Assembly: GCA_964247055.1 (NCBI GenBank)
Contig: OZ176052.1
Location: 13,826,001 to 13,890,000 of the forward strand
From: Paragordius varius
Taxonomy: Eukaryota; Animalia; Nematomorpha
Direction of reading: 5' to 3'
DNA length: 64,000 nucleotides
A program made the translations under genes and the position numbers. Under the pieces are notes generated by a model, which worked only from the letters and a program-made list of their open reading frames with translations, did no database searches and had not been told where the DNA came from. The stretch's first letter is position 1, and each line of letters starts with the position of its first letter. Positions 39,505-54,949 of the stretch are shown one piece after another.

Positions 39505-42500
39505 AAATTTGGATTTTAGGTAGCCATTTTTATTTTTAAAATCGTATAAAATAAATTTTTTAAATATTCATAAAAATTACATTTATAGTCCGATCCCCAA
39601 AATATTTGTGGTGATGATGGAACTACCATAGGTCTACGCAAAAAAAATTATGGCGACATCATTTGATCAAATTTGGATTTTAGGTAGCCATTTTTATTTT
39701 TAAAATCGTATAAAATAAATTTTTTAAATATTTAAAAAATTCATAAAAATTACATTTATACTCCGATCTCGAAAATATTTGGGGTGATTATGGAACTACC
39801 ATAGGGCTACCCAAAAAAAATTATGGTGACATCACCTGATCAAATTTGGATTTTAGGTAGCCATTTTTATTTTTAAAATCGTATAAAATAAATTTTTTAA
39901 ATATTTAAAAAATTCATAAAAATTACATTTATAGTCCGATCCCCAAAATATTTGGGGTGATGATGGAACTTCCATAGGGCTACCCAAAAATAATTATGGC
40001 GACATCACCTGATCAAATTTGGATTTTAGGTAGCCATTTTTATTTTTAAAATCGTATAAAATAAATTTTTTAAATATTTAAAAAATTCATAAAAATTACA
40101 TTTATAGTCCGATCCCCAAAGTATTTGGGGTGATGATGGAACTACCATAGGGCTACCCAAAAAAATTATAGTGACATCACCTGATCAAATTTGGATTTTA
40201 GGTAGCCATTTTTATTTTTAAAATCGTATAAAATAAATTTTTTAAATATTTAAAAAATTCATAAAAATTACATTTATAGTCCGATCCCCAAAATATTTGG
40301 GGTGATGATGGAACTACTATAGGGCTACCCAAAAAAAATTATGGCGACATCACCTGATCAAATTTGGATTTTATGTAGCCATTTTTATTTTTAAAATCGT
40401 ATAAAATAAATTTTTTAAATATTTAAAAAATTCATAAAAATTACATTTATGGTCCGATCCCCAAAATATTTGGGGTGAGATGGAACTACTATAGGGCTCC
40501 CCAAAAAAAATTATGGCGACATCACCTGATCAAATTTGGATTTTAGGTAGCCATTTTTATTTTTAAAATCGTATAAAATAAATTTTTTAAATATTTAAAA
40601 AATTCAAAAAAATTACATTTATACTCCGATCCCCAAAATATTTGGGGTGATGATGGAACTACCATATGGCTACCCAAAAAAATTATAGTGACATCACCTG
40701 ATCAAATTTGGATTTTAGGTAGCCATTTTTATTTTTAAAATCGTATAAAATAAATTTTTTAAATATTTAAAAAATTCATAAAAATTACATTTATACTCCG
40801 ATCTCGAAAATATTTGGGGTGATGATGGAACTACCATAGGGCTACCCAAAAAAAATTATGGTGACATCACCTGATCAAATTTGGATTTTAGGTAGCCATT
40901 TTTATTTTTAAAATCGTATAAAATAAATTTTTTAAATATTTAAAAAATTCATAAAAATTACATTTATACTCCGATCCCCAAAATATTTGGGGTGATGATG
41001 GAACTTCCATAGGGCTACCCAAAAATAATTATGGCGACATCACCTGATCAAATTTGGATTTTATGTAGCCATTTTTATTTTTGAAATCGTATAAAATAAA
41101 TTTTTTAAATATTTAAAAAATTCATAAAAATTACATTTATAGTCCGATCCCCAAAGTATTTGGGGTGATGATGGAACTACCATAGGGCTACCCAAAAAAA
41201 TTATAGTGACATCACCTGATCAAATTTGGATTTTAGGTAGCCATTTTTATTTTTAAAATCGTATAAAATAAATTTTTTAAATATTTAAAAAATTCATAAA
41301 AATTACATTTATAGTCCGATCCCCAAAATATTTGGGGTGATGATGGAACTACTATAGGGCTACCCAAAAAAAATTATGGCGACATCACCTGATCAAATTT
41401 GGATTTTAGGTAGCCATTTTTATTTTTAAAATCGTATAAAATAAATTTTTTAAATATTTAAAAAATTCATAAAAATTACATTTATGGTCCGATCCCCAAA
41501 ATATTTGGGGTGATGATGGAACTACTATAGGGCTCCCCAAAAAAAATTATGGCGACATCACCTGATCAAATTTGGATTTTAGGTAGCCATTTTTATTTTT
41601 AAAATCGTATAAAATAAATTTTTTAAATATTTAAAAAATTCAAAAAAATTACATTTATACTCCGATCTCGACAATATTTGGGGTGATGATGGAACTACCA
41701 TAGGGCTACCCAAAAAAAATTATGGTGACATCACCTGATCAAATTTGGATTTTAGGTAGCCATTTTTATTTTTAAAATCGTATAAAATAAATTTTTTAAA
41801 TATTTAAAAAATTCATAAAAATTACATTTATACTCCGATCCCCAAAATATTTGGGGTGATGATGGAACTACCATATGGCTACCCAAAAAAATTATAGTGA
41901 CATCACCTGATCAAATTTGGATTTTAGGTAGCCATTTATATTTTTAAAATCGTATAAAATAAATTTTTTAAATATTTAAAAAATTCATAAAAATTACATT
42001 TATACTCCGATCTCGAAAATATTTGGGGTGATGATGGAACTACCATAGGGCTACCCAAAAAAAATTATGGTGACATCACCTGATCAAATTTGGATTTTAG
42101 GTAGCCATTTTTATTTTTAAAATCGTATAAAATAAATTTTTTAAATATTTAAAAAATTCATAAAAATTACATTTATAGTCCGATCCCCAAAATATTTGGG
42201 GTGATGATGGAACTACCATAGGGCTACCCAAAAAAAATTATGGCGACATCACCTGATCAAATTTGGATTTTAGGTAGCCATTTTTATTTTTAAAATCGTA
42301 TAAAATAAATTTTTTAAATATTTAAAAAATTCATAAAAATTACATTTATAGTCCGATCCCCAAAATATTTGGGGTGATGATGGAACTACCATAGGGCTAC
42401 CCAAAAAAATTATAGTGACATCACCTGATCAAATTTGGATTTTAGGTAGCCATTTTTATTTTTAAAATCGTATAAAATAAATTTTTTAAATATTTAAAAA

Positions 42501-45500
42501 ATTCATAAAAATTACATTTATACTCCGATCTCGAAAATATTTGGGGTGATGATGGAACTACCATAGGGCTACCCAAAAAAAATTATGGTGACATCACCTG
42601 ATCAAATTTGGATTTTAGGTAGCCATTTTTATTTTTAAAATCGTATAAAATAAATTTTTTAAATATTTAAAAAATTCATAAATATTACATTTATAGTCCG
42701 ATCCCCAAAATATTTGGGGTGATGATGGAACTACCATAGGGCTACCCAAAAAAAATTATGGCGACATCACCTGATCAAATTTGGATTTTAGGTAGCCATT
42801 TTTATTTTTAAAATCGTATAAAATAAATTTTCTAAATATTTAAAAAATTCAAAAAAATTACATTTATACTCCGATCTCGACAATATTTGGGGTGATGATG
42901 GAACTACCATAGGGCTACCCAAAAAAAATTATGGTGACATCACCTGATCAAATTTGGATTTTAGGTAGCCATTTTTATTTTTAAAATCGTATAAAATAAA
43001 TTTTTTAAATATTTAAAAAATTCATAAAAATTACATTTATACTCCGATCTCAAAAATATTTGGGGTGATGATGGAACTACCATAGGGCTACCCAAAAAAA
43101 TTATAGTGACATCACCTGATCAAATTTGGATTTTAGGTAGCCATTTTTATTTTTAAAATCGTATAAAATAAATTTTTTAAATATTTAAAAAATTCATAAA
43201 AATTACATTTATAGTCCGATCCCCAAAATATTTGGGGTGATGATGGAACTACCATAGGGCTACGTAAAAAAAATTATAGTGACATCACCTGATCAAATTT
43301 GGATTTTAGGTAGCCATTTTTATTTTTAAAATCGTATAAAATAAATTTTTTAAATATTTAAAAAATTCATAAAAATTACATTTATACTCCGATCTCGAAA
43401 ATATTTGGGGTGATGATGGAACTACCATAGGGCTACCCAAAACAAATTATGGTGACATCACCTGATCAAATTTGGATTTTAGGTAGCCATTTTTATTTTT
43501 AAAATCGTATAAAATAAATTTTTTAAATATTTAAAAAATTCAAAAAAATTACATTTATACTCCGATCTCGACAATATTTGGGGTGATGATGGAACTACCA
43601 TAGGGCTACCCAAAAAAAATTATGGTGACATCACCTGATCAAAATTGGATTTTAGGTAGCCATTTATATTTTTAAAATCGTATAAAATAAATTTTTTAAA
43701 TATTTAAAAAATTCATAAAAATTACATTTATACTCCGATCTCGAAAATATTTGGGGTGATGATGGAACTACCATAGGGCTACCCAAAACAAATTTTGGTG
43801 ACATCACCTGATCAAATTTGGATTTTAGGTAGCCATTTTTATTTTTAAAATCGTATAAAATAAATTTTTTAAATATTTAAAAAATTCAAAAAAATTACAT
43901 TTATACTCCGATCTCGACAATATTTGGGGTGATGATGGAACTACCATAGGGCTACCCAAAAAAAATTATGGTGACATCACCTGATCAAATTTGGATTTTA
44001 GGTAGCCATTTTTATTTTTAAAATCGTATAAAATAAATTTTTTAAATATTTAAAAATTTCATAAAAATTACATTTATACTCCGATCTCAAAAATATTTGG
44101 GGTGATGATGGAACTACCATAGGGCTACCCAAAAAAAATTATGGTGACATCACCTGATCAAATTTGGATTTTAGGTAGCCATTTTTATTTTTAAAATCGT
44201 ATAAAATAAATTTTTTAAATATTTAAAAAATTCATAAAAATTACATTTATAGTCCGATCCCCAAAATATTTGGGGTGATGATGGAACTACCATAGGGCTA
44301 CCCAAAAAAAATTATGGCGACATCACCTGATCAAATTTGGATTTTAGGTAGCCATTTTTATTTTTAAAATCGTATAAAATAAATTTTTTAAATATTTAAA
44401 AAATTCATAAAAATTACATTTATAGTCCGATCCCCAAAATATTTGGGGTGATGATGGAACTACCATAGGGCTACCCAAAAAAAATTATGGTGACATCACC
44501 TGATCAAATTTGGATTTTAGGTAGCCATTTTTATTTTTAAAATCGTATAAAATAAATTTTTTAAATATTTAAAAAATTTATAAAAATTACATTTAGAGTC
44601 CGATCCCCAAAGTATTCGGGGTGATGATGGAACTACCATAGGGCTACGTAAAAAAAATTATGGCGACATCACCTGATCAAATTTGGATTTTAGGTAGCCA
44701 TTTTTATTTTTAAAATCGTATAAAATAAATTTTTTAAATATTTAAAAAATTCATAAAAATTACATTTATACTCCGATCTCGAAAATATTTGGGGTGATGA
44801 TGGAACTACCATAGAACTACCCAAAACAAATTATGGTGACATCACCTGATCAAATTTGGATTTTAGGTAGAAATTTTTATTTTTAAAATCGTATAAAATA
44901 AATTTTTTAAATATTTAAAAAATTCATAAAAATTACATTTATAGTCCGATCCCCAAAATATTTGGGGTGATGATGGAACTACCATAGGGCTACCCAAAAA
45001 AATTATAGTGACATCACCTGATCAAATTTGGATTTTAGGTAGCCATTTTTATTTTTAAAATCGTATAAAATAAATTTTTTAAATATTTAAAAAATTTATA
45101 AAAATTACATTTATAGTCCGATCCCCAAAGTATTTGGGGTGATGATGGAACTACCATAGGGCTACCCAAAAAAAATTATGGTGACATCACCTGATCAAAT
45201 TTGGATTTTAGGTAGCCATTTTTATTTTTAAAATCGTATAAAATAAATTTTTTAAATATTTAAAAAATTCATAAAAATTACATTTATAGTCCGATCCCCA
45301 AAGTATTTGGGGTGATGATGGAACTACCATAGGGCTACCCAAAAAAATTATCGCGACATCACCTGATCAAATTTGGATTTTAGGTAGCCATTTTTATTTT
45401 TAAAATCGTATAAAATAAATTTTTTAAATATTTAAAAAATTCAAAAAAATTACATTTATACTCCGATCTCGACAATATTTGGGGTGATGATGGAACTACC

Positions 45501-48500
45501 ATAGGGCTACCCAAAAAAAATTATGGTGACATCACCTGATCAAATTTGGATTTTAGGTAGCCATTTTTATTTTTAAAATCGTATAAAATAAATTTTTTAA
45601 ATATTTAAAAAATTCATAAAAATTACATTTATACTCCGATCCCCAAAATATTTGGGGTGATGATGGAACTACCATATGGCTACCCAAAAAAATTATAGTG
45701 ACATCACCTGATCAAATTTGGATTTTAGGTAGCCATTTATATTTTTAAAATCGTATAAAATAAATTTTTTAAATATTTAAAAAATTCATAAAAATTACAT
45801 TTATACTCCGATCTCGAAAATATTTGGGGTGATGATGGAACTACCATAGGGCTACCCAAAAAAAATTATGGTGACATCACCTGATCAAATTTGGATTTTA
45901 GGTAGCCATTTTTATTTTTAAAATCGTATAAAATAAATTTTTTAAATATTTAAAAAATTCATAAAAATTACATTTATAGTCCGATCCCCAAAATATTTGG
46001 GGTGATGATGGAACTACCATAGGGCTACCCAAAAAAAATTATGGCGACATCACCTGATCAAATTTGGATTTTAGGTAGCCATTTTTATTTTTAAAATCGT
46101 ATAAAATAAATTTTTTAAATATTTAAAAAATTCATAAAAATTACATTTATAGTCCGATCCCCAAAATATTTGGGGTGATGATGGAACTACCATAGGGCTA
46201 CCCAAAAAAATTATAGTGACATCACCTGATCAAATTTGGATTTTAGGTAGCCATTTTTATTTTTAAAATCGTATAAAATAAATTTTTTAAATATTTAAAA
46301 AATTCATAAAAATTACATTTATACTCCGATCTCGAAAATATTTGGGGTGATGATGGAACTACCATAGGGCTACCCAAAAAAAATTATGGTGACATCACCT
46401 GATCAAATTTGGATTTTAGGTAGCCATTTTTATTTTTAAAATCGTATAAAATAAATTTTTTAAATATTTAAAAAATTCATAAATATTACATTTATAGTCC
46501 GATCCCCAAAATATTTGGGGTGATGATGGAACTACCATAGGGCTACCCAAAAAAAATTATGGCGACATCACCTGATCAAATTTGGATTTTAGGTAGCCAT
46601 TTTTATTTTTAAAATCGTATAAAATAAATTTTCTAAATATTTAAAAAATTCAAAAAAATTACATTTATACTCCGATCTCGACAATATTTGGGGTGATGAT
46701 GGAACTACCATAGGGCTACCCAAAAAAAATTATGGTGACATCACCTGATCAAATTTGGATTTTAGGTAGCCATTTTTATTTTTAAAATCGTATAAAATAA
46801 ATTTTTTAAATATTTAAAAAATTCATAAAAATTACATTTATACTCCGATCTCAAAAATATTTGGGGTGATGATGGAACTACCATAGGGCTACCCAAAAAA
46901 ATTATAGTGACATCACCTGATCAAATTTGGATTTTAGGTAGCCATTTTTATTTTTAAAATCGTATAAAATAAATTTTTTAAATATTTAAAAAATTCATAA
47001 AAATTACATTTATAGTCCGATCCCCAAAATATTTGGGGTGATGATGGAACTACCATAGGGCTACGTAAAAAAAATTATAGTGACATCACCTGATCAAATT
47101 TGGATTTTAGGTAGCCATTTTTATTTTTAAAATCGTATAAAATAAATTTTTTAAATATTTAAAAAATTCATAAAAATTACATTTATACTCCGATCTCGAA
47201 AATATTTGGGGTGATGATGGAACTACCATAGGGCTACCCAAAACAAATTATGGTGACATCACCTGATCAAATTTGGATTTTAGGTAGCCATTTTTATTTT
47301 TAAAATCGTATAAAATAAATTTTTTAAATATTTAAAAAATTCAAAAAAATTACATTTATACTCCGATCTCGACAATATTTGGGGTGATGATGGAACTACC
47401 ATAGGGCTACCCAAAAAAAATTATGGTGACATCACCTGATCAAAATTGGATTTTAGGTAGCCATTTATATTTTTAAAATCGTATAAAATAAATTTTTTAA
47501 ATATTTAAAAAATTCATAAAAATTACATTTATACTCCGATCTCGAAAATATTTGGGGTGATGATGGAACTACCATAGGGCTACCCAAAACAAATTTTGGT
47601 GACATCACCTGATCAAATTTGGATTTTAGGTAGCCATTTTTATTTTTAAAATCGTATAAAATAAATTTTTTAAATATTTAAAAAATTCAAAAAAATTACA
47701 TTTATACTCCGATCTCGACAATATTTGGGGTGATGATGGAACTACCATAGGGCTACCCAAAAAAAATTATGGTGACATCACCTGATCAAATTTGGATTTT
47801 AGGTAGCCATTTTTATTTTTAAAATCGTATAAAATAAATTTTTTAAATATTTAAAAAATTCATAAAAATTACATTTATACTCCGATCTCAAAAATATTTG
47901 GGGTGATGATGGAACTACCATAGGGCTACCCAAAAAAAATTATGGTGACATCACCTGATCAAATTTGGATTTTAGGTAGCCATTTTTATTTTTAAAATCG
48001 TATAAAATAAATTTTTTAAATATTTAAAAAATTCATAAAAATTACATTTATAGTCCGATCCCCAAAATATTTGGGGTGATGATGGAACTACCATAGGGCT
48101 ACCCAAAAAAAATTATGGCGACATCACCTGATCAAATTTGGATTTTAGGTAGCCATTTTTATTTTTAAAATCGTATAAAATAAATTTTTTAAATATTTAA
48201 AAAATTCATAAAAATTACATTTATAGTCCGATCCCCAAAATATTTGGGGTGATGATGGAACTACCATAGGGCTACCCAAAAAAAATTATGGTGACATCAC
48301 CTGATCAAATTTGGATTTTAGGTAGCCATTTTTATTTTTAAAATCGTATAAAATAAATTTTTTAAATATTTAAAAAATTTATAAAAATTACATTTAGAGT
48401 CCGATCCCCAAAGTATTCGGGGTGATGATGGAACTACCATAGGGCTACGTAAAAAAAATTATGGCGACATCACCTGATCAAATTTGGATTTTAGGTAGCC

Positions 48501-50436
48501 ATTTTTATTTTTAAAATCGTATAAAATAAATTTTTTAAATATTTAAAAAATTCATAAAAATTACATTTATACTCCGATCTCGAAAATATTTGGGGTGATG
48601 ATGGAACTACCATAGAACTACCCAAAACAAATTATGGTGACATCACCTGATCAAATTTGGATTTTAGGTAGAAATTTTTATTTTTAAAATCGTATAAAAT
48701 AAATTTTTTAAATATTTAAAAAATTCATAAAAATTACATTTATAGTCCGATCCCCAAAATATTTGGGGTGATGATGGAACTACCATAGGGCTACCCAAAA
48801 AAATTATAGTGACATCACCTGATCAAATTTGGATTTTAGGTAGCCATTTTTATTTTTAAAATCGTATAAAATAAATTTTTTAAATATTTAAAAAATTCAT
48901 AAAAATTACATTTATAGTCCGATCCCCAAAGTATTTGGGGTGATGATGGAACTACCATAGGGCTACCCAAAAAAAATTATGGTGACATCACCTGATCAAA
49001 TTTGGATTTTAGGTAGCCATTTTTATTTTTAAAATCGTATAAAATAAATTTTTTAAATATTTAAAAAATTCATAAAAATTACATTTATAGTCCGATCCCC
49101 AAAGTATTTGGGGTGATGATGGAACTACCATAGGGCTACCCAAAAAAAATTATCGCGACATCACCTGATCAAATTTGGATTTTAGGTAGCCATTTTTATT
49201 TTTAAAATCGTATAAAATAAATTTTTTAAATATTTAAAAAATTCATAAAAATTACATTTATACTCCGATCTCGAAAATATTTGGGGTGATGATGGAACTA
49301 CCATAGGGCTACCCAAAAAAATTATAGTGACATCACCTGATCAAATTTGGATTTTAGGTAGCTATTTTTATTTTTAAAATCGTATAAAATAAATTTTTTA
49401 AATAAAAAATTCATAAAAATTACATTTATAGTCCGATCCCCAAAATATTTGGGGTGATGATGGAACTACTATAGGGCTACCTAAAAAAAATTATGGCGAC
49501 ATCACCTGATCAAATTTGGATTTTAGGTAGCCATTTTTATTTTTAAAATCGTATAAAATAAATTTTTTAAATATTTAAAAAATTCATAAAAATTACATTT
49601 ATAGTCCGATCCCCAAAGTATTTGGGGTGATGATGGAACTACCATAGGGCTACCCAAAAAAAATTATGGTGACATCACCTGATCAAATTTGGATTTTAGG
49701 TAGCCATTTTTATTTTTAAAATCGTATAAAATAAATTTTTTAAATATTTAAAAAATTCATAAAAATTACATTTATAGTCCGATCCCCAAAGTATTTGGGG
49801 TGATGATGGAACTACCATAGGGCTACCCAAAAAAAATTATCGCGACATCACCTGATCAAATTTGGATTTTAGGTAGCCATTTTTATTTTTAAAATCGTAT
49901 AAAATAAATTTTTTAAATATTTAAAAAATTCATAAAAATTACATTTATACTCCGATCTCGAAAATATTTGGGGTGATGATGGAACTACCATAGGGCTACC
50001 CAAAAAAATTATAGTGACATCACCTGATCAAATTTGGATTTTAGGTAGCTATTTTTATTTTTAAAATCGTATAAAATAAATTTTTTAAATAAAAAATTCA
50101 TAAAAATTACATTTATAGTCCGATCCCCAAAATATTTGGGGTGATGATGGAACTACTATAGGGCTACCTAAAAAAAATTATGGCGACATCACCTGATCAA
50201 ATTTGGATTTTAGGTAGCCATTTTTATTTTTAAAATCGTATAAAATAAATTTTTTAAATATTTAAAAAATTCATAAAAATTACATTTATAGTCCGATCCC
50301 CAAAATATTTGGGGTGATGATGGAACTACTATAGGGCTACCCAAAAAAAATTATGGCGACATCACCTGATCAAATTTGGATTTTAGGTAGCCATTTTTAT
50401 TTTTAAAATCGTATAAAATAAATTTTTTAAATATTT
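39505..50436. repeat. Copy 2 of the ~10.9-kb segmental duplication
   Basis: Same markers as copy 1, each shifted by 11,549. The match ends where 38,888 (C, 9-bp deletion) differs from 50,437 (T). Confidence 0.95.
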
Positions 50437-53400
50437 AAAAAATTCATAAAAATTACATTTATAGCCCGATCCCCAAAGTATTCGGGGTGATGATGGAACT
50501 ACCATAGGGCTACCCAAAAAAAATTATGGCGACATCACCTGATCAAATTTGGATTTTAGGTAGCCATTTTTATTTTTAAAATCGTTTAAAATAAATTTTT
50601 TAAATATTTAAAAAATTCATAAAAATTACATTTATACTCCGATCTCGAAAATATTTGGGGTGATGATGGAACTACCATAGAGCTACCCCAAAAAAATTAT
50701 AGTGACATCACCTGATCAAATTTGGATTTTAGGTAGCCATTTTTATTTTTAAAATCGTATAAAATAAATTTTTTAAATATTTAAAAAATTCATAAAAATT
50801 ACATTTATAGTCCGATCTTTAAAATATTTGGGGTGATGATGGAACTACCATAGGGCTACCCAAAAAAAATTATGGCGACATCACCTGATCAAATTTGGAT
50901 TTTAGGTAGCCATTTTTATTTTTAAAATCGTATAAAATAAATTTTTTAAATATTTAAAAAATTCATGAAAATTACATTTATAGTCCGATCCCCAAAATAT
51001 TTGTAGTGATGATGGAACTACCATAGGGCTACGCAAATAAAATTATGGTGACATCACCTGATCAAATTTGGATTTTAGGTAGCCATTTTTATTTTTAAAA
51101 TCGTATAAAATAAATTTTTTAAATATTCATAAAAATTACATTTATAGTCCGATCCCCAAAATATTTGTGGTGATGATGGAACTACCATAGGTCTACGCAA
51201 AAAAAATTATGGCGACATCATTTGATCAAATTTGGATTTTAGGTAGCCATTTTTATTTTTAAAATCGTATAAAATAAATTTTTTAAATATTTAAAAAATT
51301 CATAAAAATTACATTTATAGTCCGATCCCCAAAATATTTGTAGTGATGATGGAACTACCATAGGGCTACCCAAAAAAAATTATGGCGACATCACCAGATC
51401 AAATTTGGATTTTAGGTAGCCATTTTTATTTTTAAAATCGTATAAAATAAATTTTTTAAATATTTAAAAAATTCATAAAAATTACATTTATACTCCGATC
51501 TCGAAAACATTTGGGGTGATTATGGAACTACCATAGGGCTACCCAAAAAAAATTATGGTGACATCACCTGATCAAATTTGGATTTTAGGTAGCCATTTTT
51601 ATTTTTAAAATCGTATAAAATAAATTTTTTAAATATTTAAAAAATTCATAAAAATTACATTTATAGTCCGATCCCCAAAATATTTGGGGTGATGATGGAA
51701 CTACCATAGGGCTACCCAAAAATAATTATGGCGACATCACCTGATCAAATTTGGATTTTAGGTAGCCATTTTTATTTTTAAAATCGTATAAAATAAATTT
51801 TTTAAATATTTAAAAAATTCATAAAAATTACATTTATAGTCCGATCCCCAAAGTATTTGGGGTGATGATGGAACTACCATAGGGCTACCCAAAAAAAATT
51901 ATGGCGACATCACCTGATCAAATTTGATTTTAGGTAGCCATTTTTATTTTTAAAATCGTAAAAAATAAATTTTTTAAATATTTAAAAAATTCATAAAAAT
52001 TACATTTATACTCCGATCTCGAAAATATTTGGGGTGATGATGGAACTACCATAGGGCTACCCAAAAAAATTATAGTGACATCACCTGATCAAATTTGGAT
52101 TTTAGGTAGCCATTTTTATTTTTAAAATCGTATAAAATAAATTTTTTAAATATTTAAAAAATTCATAAAAATTACATTTATAGTCCGATCCCCAAAATAT
52201 TTGGGGTGATGATGGAACTACTATAGGGCTACCCAAAAAAAATTATGGCGACATCACCTGATCAAATTTGGATTTTAGGTAGCCATTTTTATTTTTAAAA
52301 TCGTATAAAATAAATTTTTTAAATATTTAAAAAATTCATAAAAATTACATTTATAGTCCGATCCCCAAAATATTTGGGGTGATGATGGAACTACTATAGG
52401 GCTCCCCAAAAAAAATTATGGCGACATCACCTGATCAAATTTGGATTTTAGGTAGCCATTTTTATTTTTAAAATCGTATAAAATATATTTTTTAAATATT
52501 TAAAAAATTCATAAAAATTACATTTATAGTCCGATCCCCAAAGTATTCGGGGTGATGATGGAACTACCATAGGGCTACCCAAAAAAAATTATGGCGACAT
52601 CACCTGATCAAATTTGGATTTTAGGTAGCCATTTTTATTTTTAAAATCGTTTAAAATAAATTTTTTAAATATTTAAAAAATTCATAAAAATTACATTTAT
52701 ACTCCGATCTCGAAAATATTTGGGGTGATGATGGAACTACCATAGAGCTACCCCAAAAAAATTATAGTGACATCACCTGATCAAATTTGGATTTTAGGTA
52801 GCCATTTTTATTTTTAAAATCGTATAAAATAAATTTTTTAAATATTTAAAAAATCCATAAAAATTACATTTATAGTCCGATCCCCAAAATATTTGGGGTG
52901 ATGATGGAACTACCATAGGGCTACCCAAAAAAAATTATGGCGACATCACCTGATCAAATTTGGATTTTAAGTAGCCATTTTTATTTTTAAAATCGTATAA
53001 AATAAATTTTTTAAATATTTAAAAAATTCATAAAAATTACATTTATAGTCCGATCCCCAAAATATTTGGGGTGATGATGGAACTACCATAGGGCTACGCA
53101 AAAAAAATTATGGTGACATCACCTGATCAAATATGGATTTTTGGTAGCCATTTTTATTTTTAAAATCGTATAAAATAAATTTTTTAAATATTTAAAAAAT
53201 TCATAAAAATTACATTTATAGTCCGATCCCCAAAATATTTGGGGTGATGATGGAACTACTATAGGGCTACCCAAAAAAAATTATGGCGACATCACCTGAT
53301 CAAATTTGGATTTTAGGTAGCCATTTTTATTTTTAAAATCGTATAAAATAAATTTTTTAAATATTTAAAAAATTCATAAAAATTACATTTATAGTCCGAT

Positions 53401-54949
53401 CCCCAAAATATTTGGGGTGATGATGGAACTACTATAGGGCTCCCCAAAAAAAATTATGGCGACATCACCTGATCAAATTTGGATTTTAGGTAGCCATTTT
53501 TATTTTTAAAATCGTATAAAATATATTTTTTAAATATTTAAAAAATTCATAAAAATTACATTTATAGTCCGATCCCCAAAGTATTCGGGGTGATGATGGA
53601 ACTACCATAGGGCTACCCAAAAAAAATTATGGCGACATCACCTGATCAAATTTGGATTTTAGGTAGCCATTTTTATTTTTAAAATCGTTTAAAATAAATT
53701 TTTTAAATATTTAAAAAATTCATAAAAATTACATTTATACTCCGATCTCGAAAATATTTGGGGTGATGATGGAACTACCATAGAGCTACCCCAAAAAAAT
53801 TATAGTGACATCACCTGATCAAATTTGGATTTTAGGTAGCCATTTTTATTTTTAAAATCGTATAAAATAAATTTTTTAAATATTTAAAAAATTCATAAAA
53901 ATTACATTTATAGTCCGATCCCCAAAATATTTGGGGTGATGATGGAACTACCATAGGGCTACCCAAAAAAAATTATGGCGATATCACCTGATCAAATTTG
54001 GATTTTAAGTAGCCATTTTTATTTTTAAAATCGTATAAAATAAATTTTTTAAATATTTAAAAAATTCATAAAAATTACATTTATAGTCCGATCCCCAAAA
54101 TATTTGGGGTGATGATGGAACTACCATAGGGCTACGCAAAAAAAATTATGGTGACATCACCTGATCAAATTTGGATTTTTGGTAGCCATTTTTATTTTTA
54201 AAATCGTATAAAATAAATTTTTTAAATATTTAAAAAATTCAAAAAAATTACATTTATACTCCGATCTCGACAATATTTGGGGTGATGATGGAACTACCAT
54301 AGGGCTACCCAAAAAAAATTATGGTGACATCACCTGATCAAATTTGGATTTTAGGTAGCCATTTTTATTTTTAAAATCGTATAAAATAAATTTTTTAAAT
54401 ATTTAAAAAATTCATAAAAATTACATTTATACTCCGATCCCCAAAATATTTGGGGTGATGATGGAACTACTATAGGGCTACCCAAAAAAAATTATGGCGA
54501 CATCACCTGATCAAATTTGGATTTTAGGTAGCCATTTTTATTTTTAAAATCGTATAAAATAAATTTTTTAAATATTTAAAAAATTCATAAAAATTACATT
54601 TATACTCCGATCTCGAAAATATTTGGGGTGATGATGAAACTACCATAGGGCTACATTATGGTGACATCACCTGATCAAATTTGGATTTTAGGTAGCCATT
54701 TTTATTTTTAAAATCGTATAAAATAAATTTTTTAAATATTTAAAAAATTCATAAAAATTACATTTATAGTCCGATCCCCAAAATATTTGGGGTGATGATG
54801 GAACTACCATAGGGCTACCCAAAAATAATTATGGCGACATCACCTGATCAAATTTGGATTTTAGGTAGCCATTTTTATTTTTAAAATCGTATAAAATAAA
54901 TTTTTTAAATATTTAAAAAATTCATAAAAATTACATTTATACTCCGATC

